Shown: positions 13,753 through 14,360 of the stretch, piece by piece
How the letters are laid out: every line of letters starts with the position of its first letter
How positions within the stretch are numbered: position 1 is the stretch's first letter
Source of the DNA: Bacteriovoracaceae bacterium
Lineage (GTDB): Bacteria; Bdellovibrionota; Bacteriovoracia; Bacteriovoracales; Bacteriovoracaceae
Length of the DNA stretch: 14,360 bases
Assembly (NCBI GenBank): GCA_049599895.1
Contig: JBMYPC010000081.1
Location: 1 to 14,360, forward strand
Direction: 5' to 3'
Position numbers and translations under genes: made by a program
The notes under the pieces: generated by a model
The model's input: only the letters and a program-made list of their open reading frames with translations
Database searches by the model: none
Told to the model about the DNA's origin: nothing

Positions 13753-14360
13753 ATGAGCAATACTGCTAAAATCCAACATGGAGATGTGGACTTTGAATGC
13801 CCTGTCGTTGTTGGCTCTGAAGGAGAGAAGGGGATAGATATCTCAAAACTGAGAGCTGAAACAGGTTTAATCACCATTGATAATGGGTTTGGTAACACGT
13901 GTACGGGACAAAGTGCGATTACCTTCTTGGATGGTGAGAAGGGGATTCTTCGTTATCGTGGGATTTCTATTGAGGACCTTGCCAAGAACTCGAGCTTCCT
14001 AGAAGTTGCTTATCTTTTAATTTATGGAAACCTTCCGACTCAAGAGCAGTATAGTACTTGGGAAAATAAAATTAAGAGGCATACTCTTTTAAAAGAAAAC
14101 TTTTCTCAATTTTTTAATGCCTTCCCAAGAGATGCTCACCCAATGGGAGTTCTTGCTTCATCAGTAAGTGCGCTTTCGACTTTTTATCAAGAGTTCCTTG
14201 ATCCTAAGAATACTGAAGAGGTGGATGAAGTGATCGTTCGATTAATGGGGAAACTTCCAACGATTGCTTCATATGCTTATAAGACATCAATTGGTCAGCC
14301 AAGAATTTATCCTCAAAATAGTTTGGATTATTGTTCAAATTTTTTAAATATGATGTTCTC
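13753..14360 (+). CDS. gltA: Citrate synthase, type II (partial, runs off the right edge)
   Basis: Translated by hand: MSNTAKIQHGDVDFECPVVVGSEGEKGIDISKLRAETGLITIDNGFGNT...SAITFLDGEKGILRYRGISIEDLAKNSSFLEVAYLLIYGNLPT...FPRDAHPMGVL...RLMGKLPTIASYAYKTSIGQPRIYPQNSLDYCSNFLNMMF. Strong RBS. Confidence 0.97.
   Translation, partial: MSNTAKIQHGDVDFECPVVVGSEGEKGIDISKLRAETGLITIDNGFGNTCTGQSAITFLDGEKGILRYRGISIEDLAKNSSFLEVAYLLIYGNLPTQEQYSTWENKIKRHTLLKENFSQFFNAFPRDAHPMGVLASSVSALSTFYQEFLDPKNTEEVDEVIVRLMGKLPTIASYAYKTSIGQPRIYPQNSLDYCSNFLNMMF

Noticed and set aside
13692..13898. 68-aa minus-strand ORF
   Set aside because: Antisense to the gltA start and its promoter.
1..14360. CRISPR array, tRNA/rRNA, IS/transposase, prophage or defence genes
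   Set aside because: No regularly spaced repeats, RNA-gene signatures or recombinase/transposase motifs seen; intergenic gaps are short and the nuclease is an exported lipoprotein rather than a cytoplasmic defence effector.

Overview
AT-rich (roughly mid-30s % GC by eye), gene-dense bacterial chromosomal window. Gene style (FecR+Ig-repeat protein, membrane-anchored CheA-like kinase, many exported proteins) suggests Bdellovibrionota/Bacteriovoracia, which is inference only. Left to right: a TolC-like outer-membrane protein running off the left edge (missing from the ORF track) with an operator-like palindrome array upstream; a frame-broken gene for an exported beta-rich protein; gpmA; an MtaD-like amidohydrolase with HxxQ in place of HxxE; a FecR/Ig-repeat membrane protein; a divergent TM-HAMP-PAS-HPt-CheA-type kinase without a CheW domain; a tight three-gene minus-strand operon (putative beta-barrel, lipoprotein with a DUF5017/cleaved-adhesin-like domain, and lipoprotein nuclease fusing a 5'-nucleotidase C-terminal domain, an OB fold and an EEP domain); and citrate synthase gltA running off the right edge (also missing from the ORF track). 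The best candidate for an undescribed system is the three-gene operon at 8395-13397, a putative TonB-independent cell-envelope nucleic-acid capture/degradation/uptake module. I saw no RNA genes, CRISPR arrays or mobile elements.
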